Positions 8,301 to 19,140 are shown, counted from the stretch's first letter. The stretch: DNA of 64,000 bases from Nitrospirota bacterium (GCA_963840455.1 CAWIYV010000014.1:288001-352000), one strand, 5' to 3'. Notes: generated from the letters alone by a model not told the origin. Numbers and translations are program-made.

Positions 8301-11300
8301 TTGTTCCAAAACGCAGGCATGAACGAAGGACGTACCGTAATCTTTCCCAGCCCTCTCCTCTCCGGGAAGACCGGCACAGGCAGCAAAACAGGAGCGTATT
8401 CATTGAATTTGAGCACCAAGACCATTTTCGGGAACCTGCCTGATGTGCTAGCGCGCTTGCAGGGAAGAGACCTGGAGGCAAAGTGCGCCGTGTACGAGCC
8501 GCCGCTGCGATCGGAATTGTTCAGCAGCGACCAGATGGAGCAGCATGGCAAGACCCTGGCGGGTCTGCACACGCTCCTTCCGGGCCACGCTCCTGACCGG
8601 CTTCTGATGCGGTTGGCCGAGAATGAAGCCATCCTGACCGGGACCCGCAGCCTCTTGGTAGAAGCGGTCAAGACGGACCGCAGCATTGCGCCGGCGGCTG
8701 AGTGGCTGCTCGATAACTTCTATCTGATCGAAGAACAGATCCACACGGCAAGACGACACTTGCCGAAGGGTTATAGCCGGGAGTTGCCCCGCTTGCTGGA
8801 TGGACCATCTGCCGGGCTGCCGCGCGTGTATGACATCGCTCTGGAGACGATCTCGCACGGCGACGGACGGGTGGACCCGGAAAGTCTCAGCAGTTTTCTT
8901 GCGGCCTACCAGACAGTCGCCGTCCTGAAGCTGGGAGAATTGTGGGCAATCCCCATCATGCTGCGACTGGCATTGATCGAGAATCTCCGGCGCGTCGGGG
9001 CCCGGATCGCTGCCGACAGGATGGACCGAAATCTCGCCATCTATTGGGCGGACCGGATTACCGAGATTGCCGCGAAGGACCCGAAGAGCCTGATCCTGGT
9101 CATTGCGGACATGGCACGCTCAAACCCGCCGCTCAATAGCGCGTTTGTTGCAGAATTTGCACGCCGGCTTCAGGGACAGGGCCCTGCCCTGGCAATGCCG
9201 CTCACCTGGATCGAGCAGCACCTCTCCGAGTGCAACCTGACGATCGATCAGTTGGTACGGTCGGAGAGCCAGCAGCAGGCCGCTGACCAGGTTTCCATCA
9301 GCAACAGCATCGGCAGCCTCCGATTTCTGGGGGCGATGGACTGGCGTGAGTTCGTAGAGAGGATGAGCATTGTCGAGCAGACCCTGCGTGAGGATCCCCG
9401 CGGAACATACAGCAAAATGGATTTTGCTACTCGTGACCGGTACCGTCACGTGGTGGAGAAAATAGCGAAGAGCGGCCGGCTTTCTGAAAGAGAGGTGGCA
9501 ATCAAAGCAATCAGGCTCGCGCGCGAGAGCGCGGCCCATGAAGACGAGTCTCAAGACGGATTCGATCGCGCGGCTCATGTCGGCTTTTACCTGATCGACA
9601 AGGGACTGGCGCAGCTTGAACACCTGGCAGGGGTCCGGTTATCTGTCACCGAGTTCCTTCGAAAGGCGGGTAGCCGTTTTCCCTTGTTCTTCTATCTGGG
9701 CACGATCATGCTGATCACGGTGATTTTCACCGGCGTCTTGCTGGCGAAGGCGAACGCGAACGCTGATGGTTTGCAACCCTGGCTCCTTCTGTTAACGGGC
9801 ATCCTCTCATTGCTGAGTGCGAGTCAGTTGGCAATCGGCGTGGTGAACTGGCTGGCCTCATTGCTGGTGACGCCGCATCCGCTGCCGCGCATGGACTTCT
9901 CCGAAGGAATTCCGGAGGAATCGCGCACCCTCGTGGTGGTCCCAACGTTCCTCACGAACGCTCCCGACATCGAGGATCTGGTCGAGGCGCTGGAGGTCAG
10001 GTTCCTGGCAAATCGTGACAATAACCTGCACTTCGGCCTGCTGACTGATTTTCAGGATGCAACAGAGGAGACACTGGCGGAGGACGAACCTCTGTTACTG
10101 CTTGCCCGCCAGAGGATCGACGAGCTGAATGAAAAGTACAGGAATGCCAACAGCGATACGTTTTTCCTTTTTCACCGCCCGCGCCGATGGAATCCCCGGG
10201 AGCGCCTCTGGATGGGTCACGAGCGCAAGCGGGGAAAACTTGCGGAATTGAATTCCCTTCTGCGCCGCGGCAGCGTCGACGTCTCAGGGGACTCCTTCTC
10301 CCTCGTCGTCGGCAATACCGCGGCGTTGTCGAACGTAAAGTACGTGATCACCCTTGACACGGATACGCAGCTCCCGCGCGACTCGGCGCGGCAGTTCGTG
10401 GGAACCATGGCGCACCCGTTGAATCGTGCGCGGTACGACAAAGAGAGGCAGCGTGTCTCCGAGGGATATGGAATTCTTCAGCCCCGCGTGGCCGTGAGTC
10501 TGCCGGGCACGAACCGGTCGAGGTACGCGCGGCTGTTCGGGAGTGAGCCGGGCATCGATCCGTATACGCGCGCCGTCTCCGACGTCTACCAGGACGTGTT
10601 CGGCGAAGGCTCCTTCATCGGCAAGGGGATCTATGACGTGGATGTGTTCGAACGGGCGCTGAACGAACGCTTTCCCGAGAACCGGATCCTGAGCCACGAT
10701 CTTATCGAAGGGTGTTACGCCCGGGCCGGACTGCTGAGCGATGTAATGGTGTACGAGGAATATCCTTCCCGCTACAGCGCGGACGTGAGCCGCCAGCACC
10801 GCTGGATTCGCGGTGATTGGCAGATTGCGTCGTGGTTGGCGTCGCGCGTTCCCGGACCCGGCACGTTCCGCCAGAGGAATCCGCTCTCCGTACTGTCCCA
10901 ATGGAAGATCTTCGACAATCTTCGTCGCAGTCTCGTGCCTTCAGCGTTGACGCTGATGTTGCTGCTGGGCTGGATGGTCATGCCGCCGCTCTGGTTGTGG
11001 ACCCTGGCGGTGATCGGAATCCTCCTGATTCCACCGTTGGTTGCATCGGTTCTGGAACTGTTCCGGAAGCCGGACGAGGTGCTGCTGAGGCAGCACCTCG
11101 CCGCCTCGGTACGCTCTGCGCGCAGGCGCTTCGCCCAGGCCGTATTTACGCTCGCCTGTCTCCCCTACGAAGCTTTTTTCAGTCTGGATGCTATTTTGCG
11201 CACCGCGTGGCGGATGCTGATCACGCACAAACGACTTCTGGAATGGAGCCCGTCGGGCGATACGGACCTCAATCGCCGCGCGGACCTCATCGCCTCTTGC

Positions 11301-14300
11301 CGGTCGATGTGGATCGCTCCGGTAATCGCCGCTGCAGCGGCGGTCTCCCTGGCGCTTTCGAGGCCTGTCGCGCTGGCCGTGGCCGCGCCCATACTGGCCC
11401 TCTGGTTTGCCTCCCCCGCGGTCGCCTGGTGGATCAGCCGGCCGCTCGCCCTCCCATCGCCCCGGCTTTCGGCCGACCAGACCCTCTTTCTCCGGAAGCT
11501 TTCCCGAAAGACCTGGGCGTTCTTCGAGACCTTCGTCGGCCCGGAAGATCATTGGCTGCCGCCTGATAACTATCAGGAGTATCGCGGTGCTACCGTTGCA
11601 CATCGGACGTCGCCGACCAACATGGGACTTGCGCTACTCGCAAATTTGTCCGCATATGATTTCGGTTACAGTTCAGCCGGACAACTCATAGAGCGCACGG
11701 AGAATGCGCTGCGCACGATGCAAGCCATGGAACGGCACCGGGGCCACTTCTACAACTGGTATGATACGCTGTCTCTGAAACCGCTGCTCCCTCTGTACGT
11801 TTCGTCAGTGGACAGCGGGAACCTCGTTACTCACCTGCTGACATTGCGGCCCGGTCTGCTCGCACTTCCCGACCAAAAGATCCTGAATCCGAGGTTATTT
11901 GACGGCCTCACCGATACCGTAATGATTCTCCTGGACGTTGCGGACGCAATGGCTTCAGAAGGAGTCACCCTTGTCCGACTGGCTCAACTTCGAAAGGACC
12001 TCGATCCCTTACATAATTTCCTTCCAACTACGCTCGCCGCTGCGCGCCTCCGTCTTGGCCAACTGGCTGCATCCGCCGCTGAAGTGGTCGTTAGTCTCGA
12101 TGCCCTCGGTGCGGCTCAGGATAATGACGCTGCGTGGTGGGCACGCGCGTTTGCCGGTCAATGCCGGGCCGCTCTCGATGACCTGATGTTTTTCGATGCG
12201 TCGACAGCAGGCGACAGCGATAAGATCCCGACGCTGCGCGAACTGGCGGGAATTGGCAACCAGCGCGCCCTATCGAGAATTGCGGGCATCGAACGTCTTG
12301 CGCAGCAATTAAGTGAACTCAGCCGTATAGAATATGATTTCCTGTATGACAGGTCACGCCATTTACTGGCTATCGGGTACAATGTCAGTGAGCGCCGGAG
12401 GGACTCAAGTTATTACGATCTGCTGGCTTCGGAAGCGAGGCTCTGCTGTTTCGTAGGAATTGCGCAGGGACAACTGCCGCAAGAGAGCTGGTTCAGCCTG
12501 GGACGTCTGCTCACCACCTCAGGTGGCGAGGCGGTTCTCCTTTCATGGAGCGGCTCGATGTTCGAATACCTTATGCCGCTTTTGGTGATGCCGACGTACG
12601 AACACACGTTGCTCGACCAGACCTATGCGGCGGCGGTGAAGAGACAGATAGAGTACGGGAGGCAGCGCGGCGTACCGTGGGGCATGTCGGAATCAGGCTA
12701 CAACACGGTCGACGTTCATCTCAACTACCAATACCGCGCATTTGGCGTGCCCGGCCTGGGGCTCAAACGCGGTCTTGCCGATGACCTGGTCATTGCGCCC
12801 TACGCCTCTGCGCTTGCGTTGATGGTGGCGCCTGAGGAGGCGTGTCTGAACCTGCAGCGACTCAGCGCTGAAGGCGTTGAGGCCCGGTATGGTTTTTATG
12901 AAGCAGTCGACTATACTCCTTCACGTCAACGACGCGGTCAAGAGAGAGCAGTGGTCCGGTCCTTCATGACCCACCACCAGGGCATGAGCCTCCTCTCGCT
13001 GGCCCACCTGCTTTTGGACCGTCCGATGCAGAAAAGATTCGAGTCGGACCCCTTGTTCCAGGCTACCATGCTCCTTCTCCAGGAGAGGATCCCAAGGGCG
13101 ACGGCCTTCTATCTGGAGACCCCCGAGCTCGCTGGCGTTCGCGCGACTTCCAGCGGGGCAGAAATGCCGGTGCGCGTTTTCAACAGCCCCGACACACCGA
13201 TACCGGAGGTGCAGCTTCTGTCGAACGGCAGATACCACGTAATGGTCACGAACGCGGGCGGCGGCTACAGCCGCTGGAAGGATGTCGCGGTGACACGCTG
13301 GCGCGAGGACAGCACCTGCGACAATTGGGGAACGTTCTGCTACATTCGCGACGCGGCGAGCGGGAAGTTTTGGTCGTCCGCCTATCAGCCGACGCTCAAA
13401 CGGCCGGACACCTACCAAGCGATCTTCTCGGGCGCGCGAGCGGAGTTCCGCCGCCGCGACCATGACATCGATACCCATACCGAGATCGCTGTCTCTCCCG
13501 AGGATGATATTGAGCTGCGCAGGATCACGATCACCAACCGCGGCAGAACACGCAGAGAAATTGAGGTCACAAGCTACGCGGAAGTCGTTCTTGCACCATC
13601 TGCCGCAGACGCGTTGCATCCGGCGTTCGGCAACCTCTTCGTCCAGACGGAGATCCTCCCCCAACGCCAGGCGATCCTCTGCACCCGCCGGCCCCGCTCC
13701 CGCAATGAGCCGGTGCCCTGGATGTTTCACCTGATGGCCGTGCGCGGGGCGAACACCGGGGAAGTTTCCTGCGAGACGGACCGGATGCGGTTCATCGGCC
13801 GCGGAAACACGGTCGCTGATCCGCAAGCGATGAGAAGACCCGCGGCGCTCTCGGACAGCCAGGGCTCCGTGCTCGATCCGATCGTCGCGATCCGGCATCG
13901 GATCACGCTCGATCCGGAAGAATCGGCGGCGATCGATATCGTCTCCGGCGCCTGCGAAACCCGCGACGCCGCTTTAAGCCTTGTCGGAAAATACCAGGAT
14001 CGGCGCCTCGCGGATCGCGCCTTCGACCTGGCGTGGACACACGGACAGGTGGTACTGCAACAGCTCAATGCCACGGAGGCCGATGCGCAACTCTACGGAC
14101 ACCTTGCCGGCAACGTCATCTATGCAAATTCCTCTCTGCGCGCCGACGCGAGCGTTCTCATCAAGAACCGCCGCGGGCAATCCGGCCTGTGGGGCTATTC
14201 CATTTCCGGCGATGTGCCGATCGTGCTGGTGCAGATCGCAGATCCGGCAAACATCGACCTGGTGCGCCAACTCGTGCAGGCCCACGCGTACTGGCACTTG

Positions 14301-17036
14301 AAAGGGCTGGCGGTGGACCTGGTGATCTGGAACGAAGATCACGCAGGTTACCGGCAACTGCTCCAAGAACAAATCATGGGGTTGATTGTCGCAGGCATCG
14401 AAGCCAACGTGACCGATCGGCCGGGCGGCATCTTTTTGAGGCTCGCGGATCAGATATCGGAAGAGGACCGCATTCTGCTGCAAACGGTCGCCCGCGCCGT
14501 CCTCACCGACAGCCGGGGGACGCTGTGGGACCAGATCCACCGTCGCAGACTGGCGGAAGTGCCGGTCCCGCGCTTCACGCCGACCCGAACCCATCGCGCC
14601 GAAGAACCCGCGGCTGCCGAACTGGCCCGCCGTGACCTGATCTTCTTCAACGGACTCGGAGGATTCACGCCTGACGGCCGCGAGTACATCATTACGACCT
14701 CGGCCGGGCAGAAGACTCCGGCGCCATGGGTGAATGTGATGGCAAACCCGCTTTTCGGGACAATTATTTCGGAGAGCGGAGCTGCTTACACCTGGAGCGA
14801 GAACGCCCACGAGTTCCGTCTCACTCCCTGGAACAACGATCCAATAAGCGATTCCGGCGGAGAAGCTTTTTACCTCCGCGATGAAGAAAGCGGCCGTTTC
14901 TGGTCCCCCACACCGCTGCCGGGCAGCGGGACGATGCATTACGTCAGCCGCCACGGGTTCGGTTACAGCGTCTTTGAACATGCGGAGGACGGCATCAGCT
15001 CGGAGGTATGGGTTTACGTTGCATTGGATGCATCTATCAAATTTACGGTATTGAAGGTGAAAAACAGATCCGGCCGTTCGCGCCGGCTCTCGGCCACCGG
15101 TTACGTGGAATGGGTGCTGGGAGATCTGCGGCCGAAAACGGCTATGCAGGTGATCACCGAAATCGACCCTAAAACCGGTGCGATCTTTGCGAGGAACCCG
15201 TATAACTCGGAGTTCGTTGACCGGACCGCGTTCTTTGATGCGGGTGAATCAACCCGGACCGTGACCGGCGACCGGACCGAGTTCCTCGGCCGCAACGGCA
15301 CGCTGCAAAGACCGGCTGCGATGACGCGTGCGCGGCTTTCCGGCAGGATAGGGGCCGGCCTGGACCCGTGCGCCGCTATCCAGGTCCCCTTCGATCTCGC
15401 TGACGGGCAGGAGCGGGAGATTATCTTCAGGCTCGGCGCAGGGAAAAGCTCCGATGACGCACGCAACCTGGTGCGCCGCTTCCGGGAATCCGTTGCCGCG
15501 CGCAGAGCGCTTGAAAAGGTGTGGGCGTACTGGAACCGGACCCTCGGCGCAGTGCAGGTGGAAACGCCCGACCAATCCGTCAACATGCTGGTCAACGGCT
15601 GGCTCCTCTACCAGACCCTGGCATGCCGGCTTTGGGCGCGAAGCGGATACTACCAGTCCGGGGGCGCATTCGGTTTCCGCGACCAGTTGCAGGACGTGAT
15701 GGCGCTCATCTTCTCCGAGCCACGACTCGTGCGCGAGCACCTCCTCCTCTGCGCAGCCCATCAGTTCAGGGAGGGCGATGTCCAGCATTGGTGGCATCCG
15801 CCGACAGGGCGCGGCGTTCGCACACACTGTTCGGACGATTTTCTCTGGCTGCCCCTGGCGACGTGTCGCTACGTTCTGACTACCGGAGACACGGGAGTGC
15901 TGGATGAGACCATCCGCTTCATCGAGGGCCGCCCGATAAACCCGGACGAGGACTCGTATTACGATCTTCACCACGCGTCTGAAGAAACGGCAAGCCTGTA
16001 CGATCACTGTGTGCGGGCCATTCTGAGGGGCCTCAGCCGCGGCGAACACGGCCTGCCGCTCATGGGCTCGGGAGATTGGAACGACGGTATGAACCTGGTG
16101 GGCCAGCACGGCAAGGGTGAAAGCGTCTGGCTCGGCTTTTTCCAGTATGAAGTGCTTGTGCGGTTTTCGGAGATCGCGCGGCTGCACGGCGACCCGTCAT
16201 TCGCCGAACGGTGCCGTGCTGAAGCCAATCTTGTGCGCGGGAATATAGAGGAGCATGGCTGGGATGGCGAGTGGTACCGGCGCGCTTTTTTTGACGACGG
16301 TTCTCCGCTGGGTTCGGCGAGCAATCCCGAATGCCGGATCGATTCCCTTGCGCAAAGCTGGTCTGTTCTCTCCGGCGCCGGCGATGCTGAACGCTCCCGC
16401 ACGGCAATGGAGGCAGTGGATAAGCTTCTTGTCCGACGGGAGCATCGCCTGATCCAGCTTCTCGACCCGCCGTTCGACAAATCGGATTTGAATCCCGGCT
16501 ATATCAAAGGATACGTTCCCGGTGTACGGGAGAACGGCGGGCAGTATACCCATGCGGCGGTCTGGACTGCGATGGCCTTTGCCGCATTGGGCGACAGCGT
16601 CCGCGCGTGGGACCTGCTGGCCATGATCAACCCGATAAATCATGCACGATCGCCCGAAGAAACTGCGATCTACAAAGGAGAACCCTACGTTGTCGCCGCC
16701 GACGTCTATGCGGTCTCTCCGCACATCGGGCGGGGGGGGTGGACCTGGTACACGGGATCGGCCGGGTGGATGTACCGGCTTATCGTGGAATCACTACTGG
16801 GGCTGCGGCTTGATATAGACAAGCTGCGCTTCGAGCCCTGTCTGCCTGCGGAGTGGGATTCGTTCACGGTGCATTATCGGTATCGGGAAACTATCTACCA
16901 TATCATTGTCCGGCAAACGAGCGACAAAGGCGAGGCGAGCATGATTGTCGACGGCGTTGAGCAGAGTGGCAAGAATCTATCGCTTCTTGATGACCGCCGG
17001 GAGCACGCAGTCGTGGTGAGAATTTCAGCGAGGTAG
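8301..17036 (+). CDS. cgs: Cyclic beta-1,2-glucan synthase (Cgs/NdvB-like; GT84 plus C-terminal GH94 phosphorylase). Start codon uncertain.
   Basis: 2911-aa ORF. AAEWLLDNFY, ERKRGKL, TLDTDT, LSHDLIEG, RQHRWIRGDWQ, SWSGSMFEY, QSGGAFGFRDQLQD, GDWNDG, ENGGQYTH, WYTGSAGW. Confidence 0.92.
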   Translation: MFQNAGMNEGRTVIFPSPLLSGKTGTGSKTGAYSLNLSTKTIFGNLPDVLARLQGRDLEAKCAVYEPPLRSELFSSDQMEQHGKTLAGLHTLLPGHAPDRLLMRLAENEAILTGTRSLLVEAVKTDRSIAPAAEWLLDNFYLIEEQIHTARRHLPKGYSRELPRLLDGPSAGLPRVYDIALETISHGDGRVDPESLSSFLAAYQTVAVLKLGELWAIPIMLRLALIENLRRVGARIAADRMDRNLAIYWADRITEIAAKDPKSLILVIADMARSNPPLNSAFVAEFARRLQGQGPALAMPLTWIEQHLSECNLTIDQLVRSESQQQAADQVSISNSIGSLRFLGAMDWREFVERMSIVEQTLREDPRGTYSKMDFATRDRYRHVVEKIAKSGRLSEREVAIKAIRLARESAAHEDESQDGFDRAAHVGFYLIDKGLAQLEHLAGVRLSVTEFLRKAGSRFPLFFYLGTIMLITVIFTGVLLAKANANADGLQPWLLLLTGILSLLSASQLAIGVVNWLASLLVTPHPLPRMDFSEGIPEESRTLVVVPTFLTNAPDIEDLVEALEVRFLANRDNNLHFGLLTDFQDATEETLAEDEPLLLLARQRIDELNEKYRNANSDTFFLFHRPRRWNPRERLWMGHERKRGKLAELNSLLRRGSVDVSGDSFSLVVGNTAALSNVKYVITLDTDTQLPRDSARQFVGTMAHPLNRARYDKERQRVSEGYGILQPRVAVSLPGTNRSRYARLFGSEPGIDPYTRAVSDVYQDVFGEGSFIGKGIYDVDVFERALNERFPENRILSHDLIEGCYARAGLLSDVMVYEEYPSRYSADVSRQHRWIRGDWQIASWLASRVPGPGTFRQRNPLSVLSQWKIFDNLRRSLVPSALTLMLLLGWMVMPPLWLWTLAVIGILLIPPLVASVLELFRKPDEVLLRQHLAASVRSARRRFAQAVFTLACLPYEAFFSLDAILRTAWRMLITHKRLLEWSPSGDTDLNRRADLIASCRSMWIAPVIAAAAAVSLALSRPVALAVAAPILALWFASPAVAWWISRPLALPSPRLSADQTLFLRKLSRKTWAFFETFVGPEDHWLPPDNYQEYRGATVAHRTSPTNMGLALLANLSAYDFGYSSAGQLIERTENALRTMQAMERHRGHFYNWYDTLSLKPLLPLYVSSVDSGNLVTHLLTLRPGLLALPDQKILNPRLFDGLTDTVMILLDVADAMASEGVTLVRLAQLRKDLDPLHNFLPTTLAAARLRLGQLAASAAEVVVSLDALGAAQDNDAAWWARAFAGQCRAALDDLMFFDASTAGDSDKIPTLRELAGIGNQRALSRIAGIERLAQQLSELSRIEYDFLYDRSRHLLAIGYNVSERRRDSSYYDLLASEARLCCFVGIAQGQLPQESWFSLGRLLTTSGGEAVLLSWSGSMFEYLMPLLVMPTYEHTLLDQTYAAAVKRQIEYGRQRGVPWGMSESGYNTVDVHLNYQYRAFGVPGLGLKRGLADDLVIAPYASALALMVAPEEACLNLQRLSAEGVEARYGFYEAVDYTPSRQRRGQERAVVRSFMTHHQGMSLLSLAHLLLDRPMQKRFESDPLFQATMLLLQERIPRATAFYLETPELAGVRATSSGAEMPVRVFNSPDTPIPEVQLLSNGRYHVMVTNAGGGYSRWKDVAVTRWREDSTCDNWGTFCYIRDAASGKFWSSAYQPTLKRPDTYQAIFSGARAEFRRRDHDIDTHTEIAVSPEDDIELRRITITNRGRTRREIEVTSYAEVVLAPSAADALHPAFGNLFVQTEILPQRQAILCTRRPRSRNEPVPWMFHLMAVRGANTGEVSCETDRMRFIGRGNTVADPQAMRRPAALSDSQGSVLDPIVAIRHRITLDPEESAAIDIVSGACETRDAALSLVGKYQDRRLADRAFDLAWTHGQVVLQQLNATEADAQLYGHLAGNVIYANSSLRADASVLIKNRRGQSGLWGYSISGDVPIVLVQIADPANIDLVRQLVQAHAYWHLKGLAVDLVIWNEDHAGYRQLLQEQIMGLIVAGIEANVTDRPGGIFLRLADQISEEDRILLQTVARAVLTDSRGTLWDQIHRRRLAEVPVPRFTPTRTHRAEEPAAAELARRDLIFFNGLGGFTPDGREYIITTSAGQKTPAPWVNVMANPLFGTIISESGAAYTWSENAHEFRLTPWNNDPISDSGGEAFYLRDEESGRFWSPTPLPGSGTMHYVSRHGFGYSVFEHAEDGISSEVWVYVALDASIKFTVLKVKNRSGRSRRLSATGYVEWVLGDLRPKTAMQVITEIDPKTGAIFARNPYNSEFVDRTAFFDAGESTRTVTGDRTEFLGRNGTLQRPAAMTRARLSGRIGAGLDPCAAIQVPFDLADGQEREIIFRLGAGKSSDDARNLVRRFRESVAARRALEKVWAYWNRTLGAVQVETPDQSVNMLVNGWLLYQTLACRLWARSGYYQSGGAFGFRDQLQDVMALIFSEPRLVREHLLLCAAHQFREGDVQHWWHPPTGRGVRTHCSDDFLWLPLATCRYVLTTGDTGVLDETIRFIEGRPINPDEDSYYDLHHASEETASLYDHCVRAILRGLSRGEHGLPLMGSGDWNDGMNLVGQHGKGESVWLGFFQYEVLVRFSEIARLHGDPSFAERCRAEANLVRGNIEEHGWDGEWYRRAFFDDGSPLGSASNPECRIDSLAQSWSVLSGAGDAERSRTAMEAVDKLLVRREHRLIQLLDPPFDKSDLNPGYIKGYVPGVRENGGQYTHAAVWTAMAFAALGDSVRAWDLLAMINPINHARSPEETAIYKGEPYVVAADVYAVSPHIGRGGWTWYTGSAGWMYRLIVESLLGLRLDIDKLRFEPCLPAEWDSFTVHYRYRETIYHIIVRQTSDKGEASMIVDGVEQSGKNLSLLDDRREHAVVVRISAR

Positions 17037-17132
17037 GTTCTTGCTTTGCGGATTTACCGTTACATAACACCAGAACTGACAGGCCGATCATGTGCATGCA
17101 GACTGCAAGTAACGATTCGCGCTATGTGCAAA

Positions 17133-17209
17133 TTGAAGTTCCCTGCAGCAAGCTGCAGGGAATCCTAGGTCCTCAAGGACAATCATTATCCTAAGCGCTC
17201 GCTAACCCC
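17133..17209 (+). mobile_element. Partial copy of the ~115-bp double-hairpin MITE, overlapping the ald 3' end
   Basis: TTGAAGTTCCCTGCAGCAAGCTGCAGGGAATC...TATCCTAAGCGCTCGCTAACCCC matches the reverse complement of 18403-18519. Confidence 0.75.
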
Positions 17210-18295
17210 CTGCACTCGCTGTCCCGTCGCCTTTTTCAGCGCCTCGTTCGTGATCTTGCCCCGGTAGGTGTTCAAGCTGCTCCGTATCTCCGCGTTCTCC
17301 CCGATCGCCTTCTCTATCCCCTTGTTCGCGAGGAGCTTCACATAGGGCAGCGTGGCGTTCGTGAGCGCGAGCGTGGACGTGCGCGGGTAGGCGCCGGGCA
17401 TGTTCGCTACGCAGTAGTGGATGATGCCGTCCACCTCGAACACGGGGTCGTCGTGCGTCGTCGGGTGCGATGTCTCGACGCATCCGCCCTGGTCCACGGA
17501 CACGTCCACGATCACGGAGCCGCGCTTCATCGTCTTCAGCATGTTCCGGGATACGAGGATGGGAGTCCTGCCGCCGGGCACGAGGATCGCGCCGATGACG
17601 ATATCGGCGTCCCTGATCTCTTCCTCGACCGCGTGGGCGGAGAGGGGGAGGGTCCGCACGCGGCCCTTGAACTGCTCGTCGATCCGCTGCAGCCCGGCGG
17701 GGTTCCGGTTGATCACCACGGTCTCCATGCCCAGCCCCATGGCCACGCGAGCGGCATTGGTCCCCACAACGCCGGCGCCGAGAACGACGATCTTTCCGGG
17801 CAGGACGCCCGAGACCCCGGTCGGCAGGATGCCTGAGCCGCCCTTGAAACGCTGAAGATAAAAGGCAGCCATGAGCGGCGCCATGCGGCCGGCGACCTCG
17901 CTCATGGGAGCGAGCAGGGGGAGCCGCCGGTCCTTCTCCAGGGTCTCGTATGCCAGGCCGGTGATCTTCTTGGTGAGCAGGACCTTTGTCAGCTCTGGGT
18001 TCGGCGCGAGGTGGAGATAGGTGAAGAGTGCGACATCCTCACGGAGCATTGCATACTCCGATGGAAGCGGCTCCTTCACTTTGACGATCAGTTCGGCCCT
18101 GTTGAAGACGGCCTCCCGCGCTGCCGTCTGGCCGCCGGCACGCTGGTATTCGTCGTCTAGAAAACCGCTCCCGAGGCCGGCCCCGGCCTCCAGGAGCACC
18201 TGATGACCGTCCCGCGCGAGTTCACGCGCTCCCGTGGGCGTGAGGCCTACACGGAACTCCTCGGTCTTGATCTCTTTCGGAACGCCGATGATCAT
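17186..18295 (-). CDS. ald: Alanine dehydrogenase
   Basis: MIIGVPKEIK..E.RV, KVKEP, FTYLHLA, LLAPMSEVAGR, GAGVVG, DVSVDQGGC, HYCVANMPGA. Confidence 0.95.
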   Translation of the reverse strand: MIIGVPKEIKTEEFRVGLTPTGARELARDGHQVLLEAGAGLGSGFLDDEYQRAGGQTAAREAVFNRAELIVKVKEPLPSEYAMLREDVALFTYLHLAPNPELTKVLLTKKITGLAYETLEKDRRLPLLAPMSEVAGRMAPLMAAFYLQRFKGGSGILPTGVSGVLPGKIVVLGAGVVGTNAARVAMGLGMETVVINRNPAGLQRIDEQFKGRVRTLPLSAHAVEEEIRDADIVIGAILVPGGRTPILVSRNMLKTMKRGSVIVDVSVDQGGCVETSHPTTHDDPVFEVDGIIHYCVANMPGAYPRTSTLALTNATLPYVKLLANKGIEKAIGENAEIRSSLNTYRGKITNEALKKATGQRVQGVSERLG

Positions 18296-18366
18296 GGTCC
18301 TTCCTCCTGCCTTAAGTATAGCATTTGCCGATACCGGACCGTTCTCGGGAATACCACGATAAGGTC

Positions 18367-18395
18367 TTGACTCCCCATTTGATTTTCGGTATTAT
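18367..18395 (+). promoter_or_regulatory. Sigma70-like promoter reading into a MITE copy and the DUF4337 gene
   Basis: TTGACT (18367-18372), 17-bp spacer, TATTAT (18390-18395). Confidence 0.55.
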
Positions 18396-18402
18396 TTGCC
18401 GC

Positions 18403-18519
18403 TGAATCCAGGAGCGAGCGCATTCCCCGTAGCTTGCTGCGGGGTTAGCGAGCGATTAGAATAAAGATTATTACCTTGAGGATCGAAGATTCCCTGCAGC
18501 TTGCCGCAGGGAGCTTCAA
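18403..18519 (-). mobile_element. Full copy of the ~117-bp double-hairpin MITE (IS200/IS605-like non-autonomous element)
   Basis: Two GC hairpins (CCCCGTAGCTTGCTGCGGGG and CCCTGCAGCTTGCCGCAGGG). Near-identical copy at 26757-26873. Confidence 0.8.
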
Positions 18520-18548
18520 CAACAATCCATCCATTCAACGGAGGACGT

Positions 18549-19085
18549 ATGGCGGAAGAAAAGAAGGAACCGTGGCTCAACTATCTCGCATTGACAACCG
18601 TGATCTTCGCGGTGTGCGCTACGCTCTCGACCCTGAAGGGCGGCGGGTTCTCGACCCGGGCGGTGATGTCCCAGTCCCAGGCATCGGACCAGTGGGCCTA
18701 TTACCAGGCGAAGAGCATCAAGGGATACGTCTATGAACTTCAGAAGGAGAAGTTCGAGCTGGACCTGATGGCAAACAAAGGCCTGTCCCGGACGCTTGCC
18801 GCGGACTATGAAAAACGGATAGGGGCCTATACGGAGAAAATCGAGCGGTATGAGAAGGAGAAGGAGGAGATCAAGAAAAAGGCCGAGGACCTCGAGACGC
18901 GGCGCGATGATTCGCAGCAGCATTCCGGGGCCTTCGGCTTGGCGGCCATGTTCCTGCAGATCGCGATCCTGCTCTCCTCGATCGCGGCCCTCATGAAGAA
19001 GAAACTGTTCTGGTTCATCGGCATGGGCGCGGGCTGCTTCGGCCTGCTGTACTTCTTCAACGGGTTCTTCCTGTTCATGAAATAA
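18549..19085 (+). CDS. DUF4337-family membrane protein
   Basis: ASDQWAYYQAKSIK, coiled coil, LQIAILLSSIAAL; ATG after GGAGG. Confidence 0.85.
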   Translation: MAEEKKEPWLNYLALTTVIFAVCATLSTLKGGGFSTRAVMSQSQASDQWAYYQAKSIKGYVYELQKEKFELDLMANKGLSRTLAADYEKRIGAYTEKIERYEKEKEEIKKKAEDLETRRDDSQQHSGAFGLAAMFLQIAILLSSIAALMKKKLFWFIGMGAGCFGLLYFFNGFFLFMK

Positions 19086-19105
19086 TGTCTCGTCTCACCG
19101 GGACT

Positions 19106-19140
19106 CAGGAGCGAGCGCAGTCCCCGCAGTCTGCTGCGGG
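19106..19140 (-). repeat. Half copy of the MITE (one hairpin)
   Basis: CAGGAGCGAGCGCAGTCCCCGCAGTCTGCTGCGGG matches the start of 18403-18519. Confidence 0.65.
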
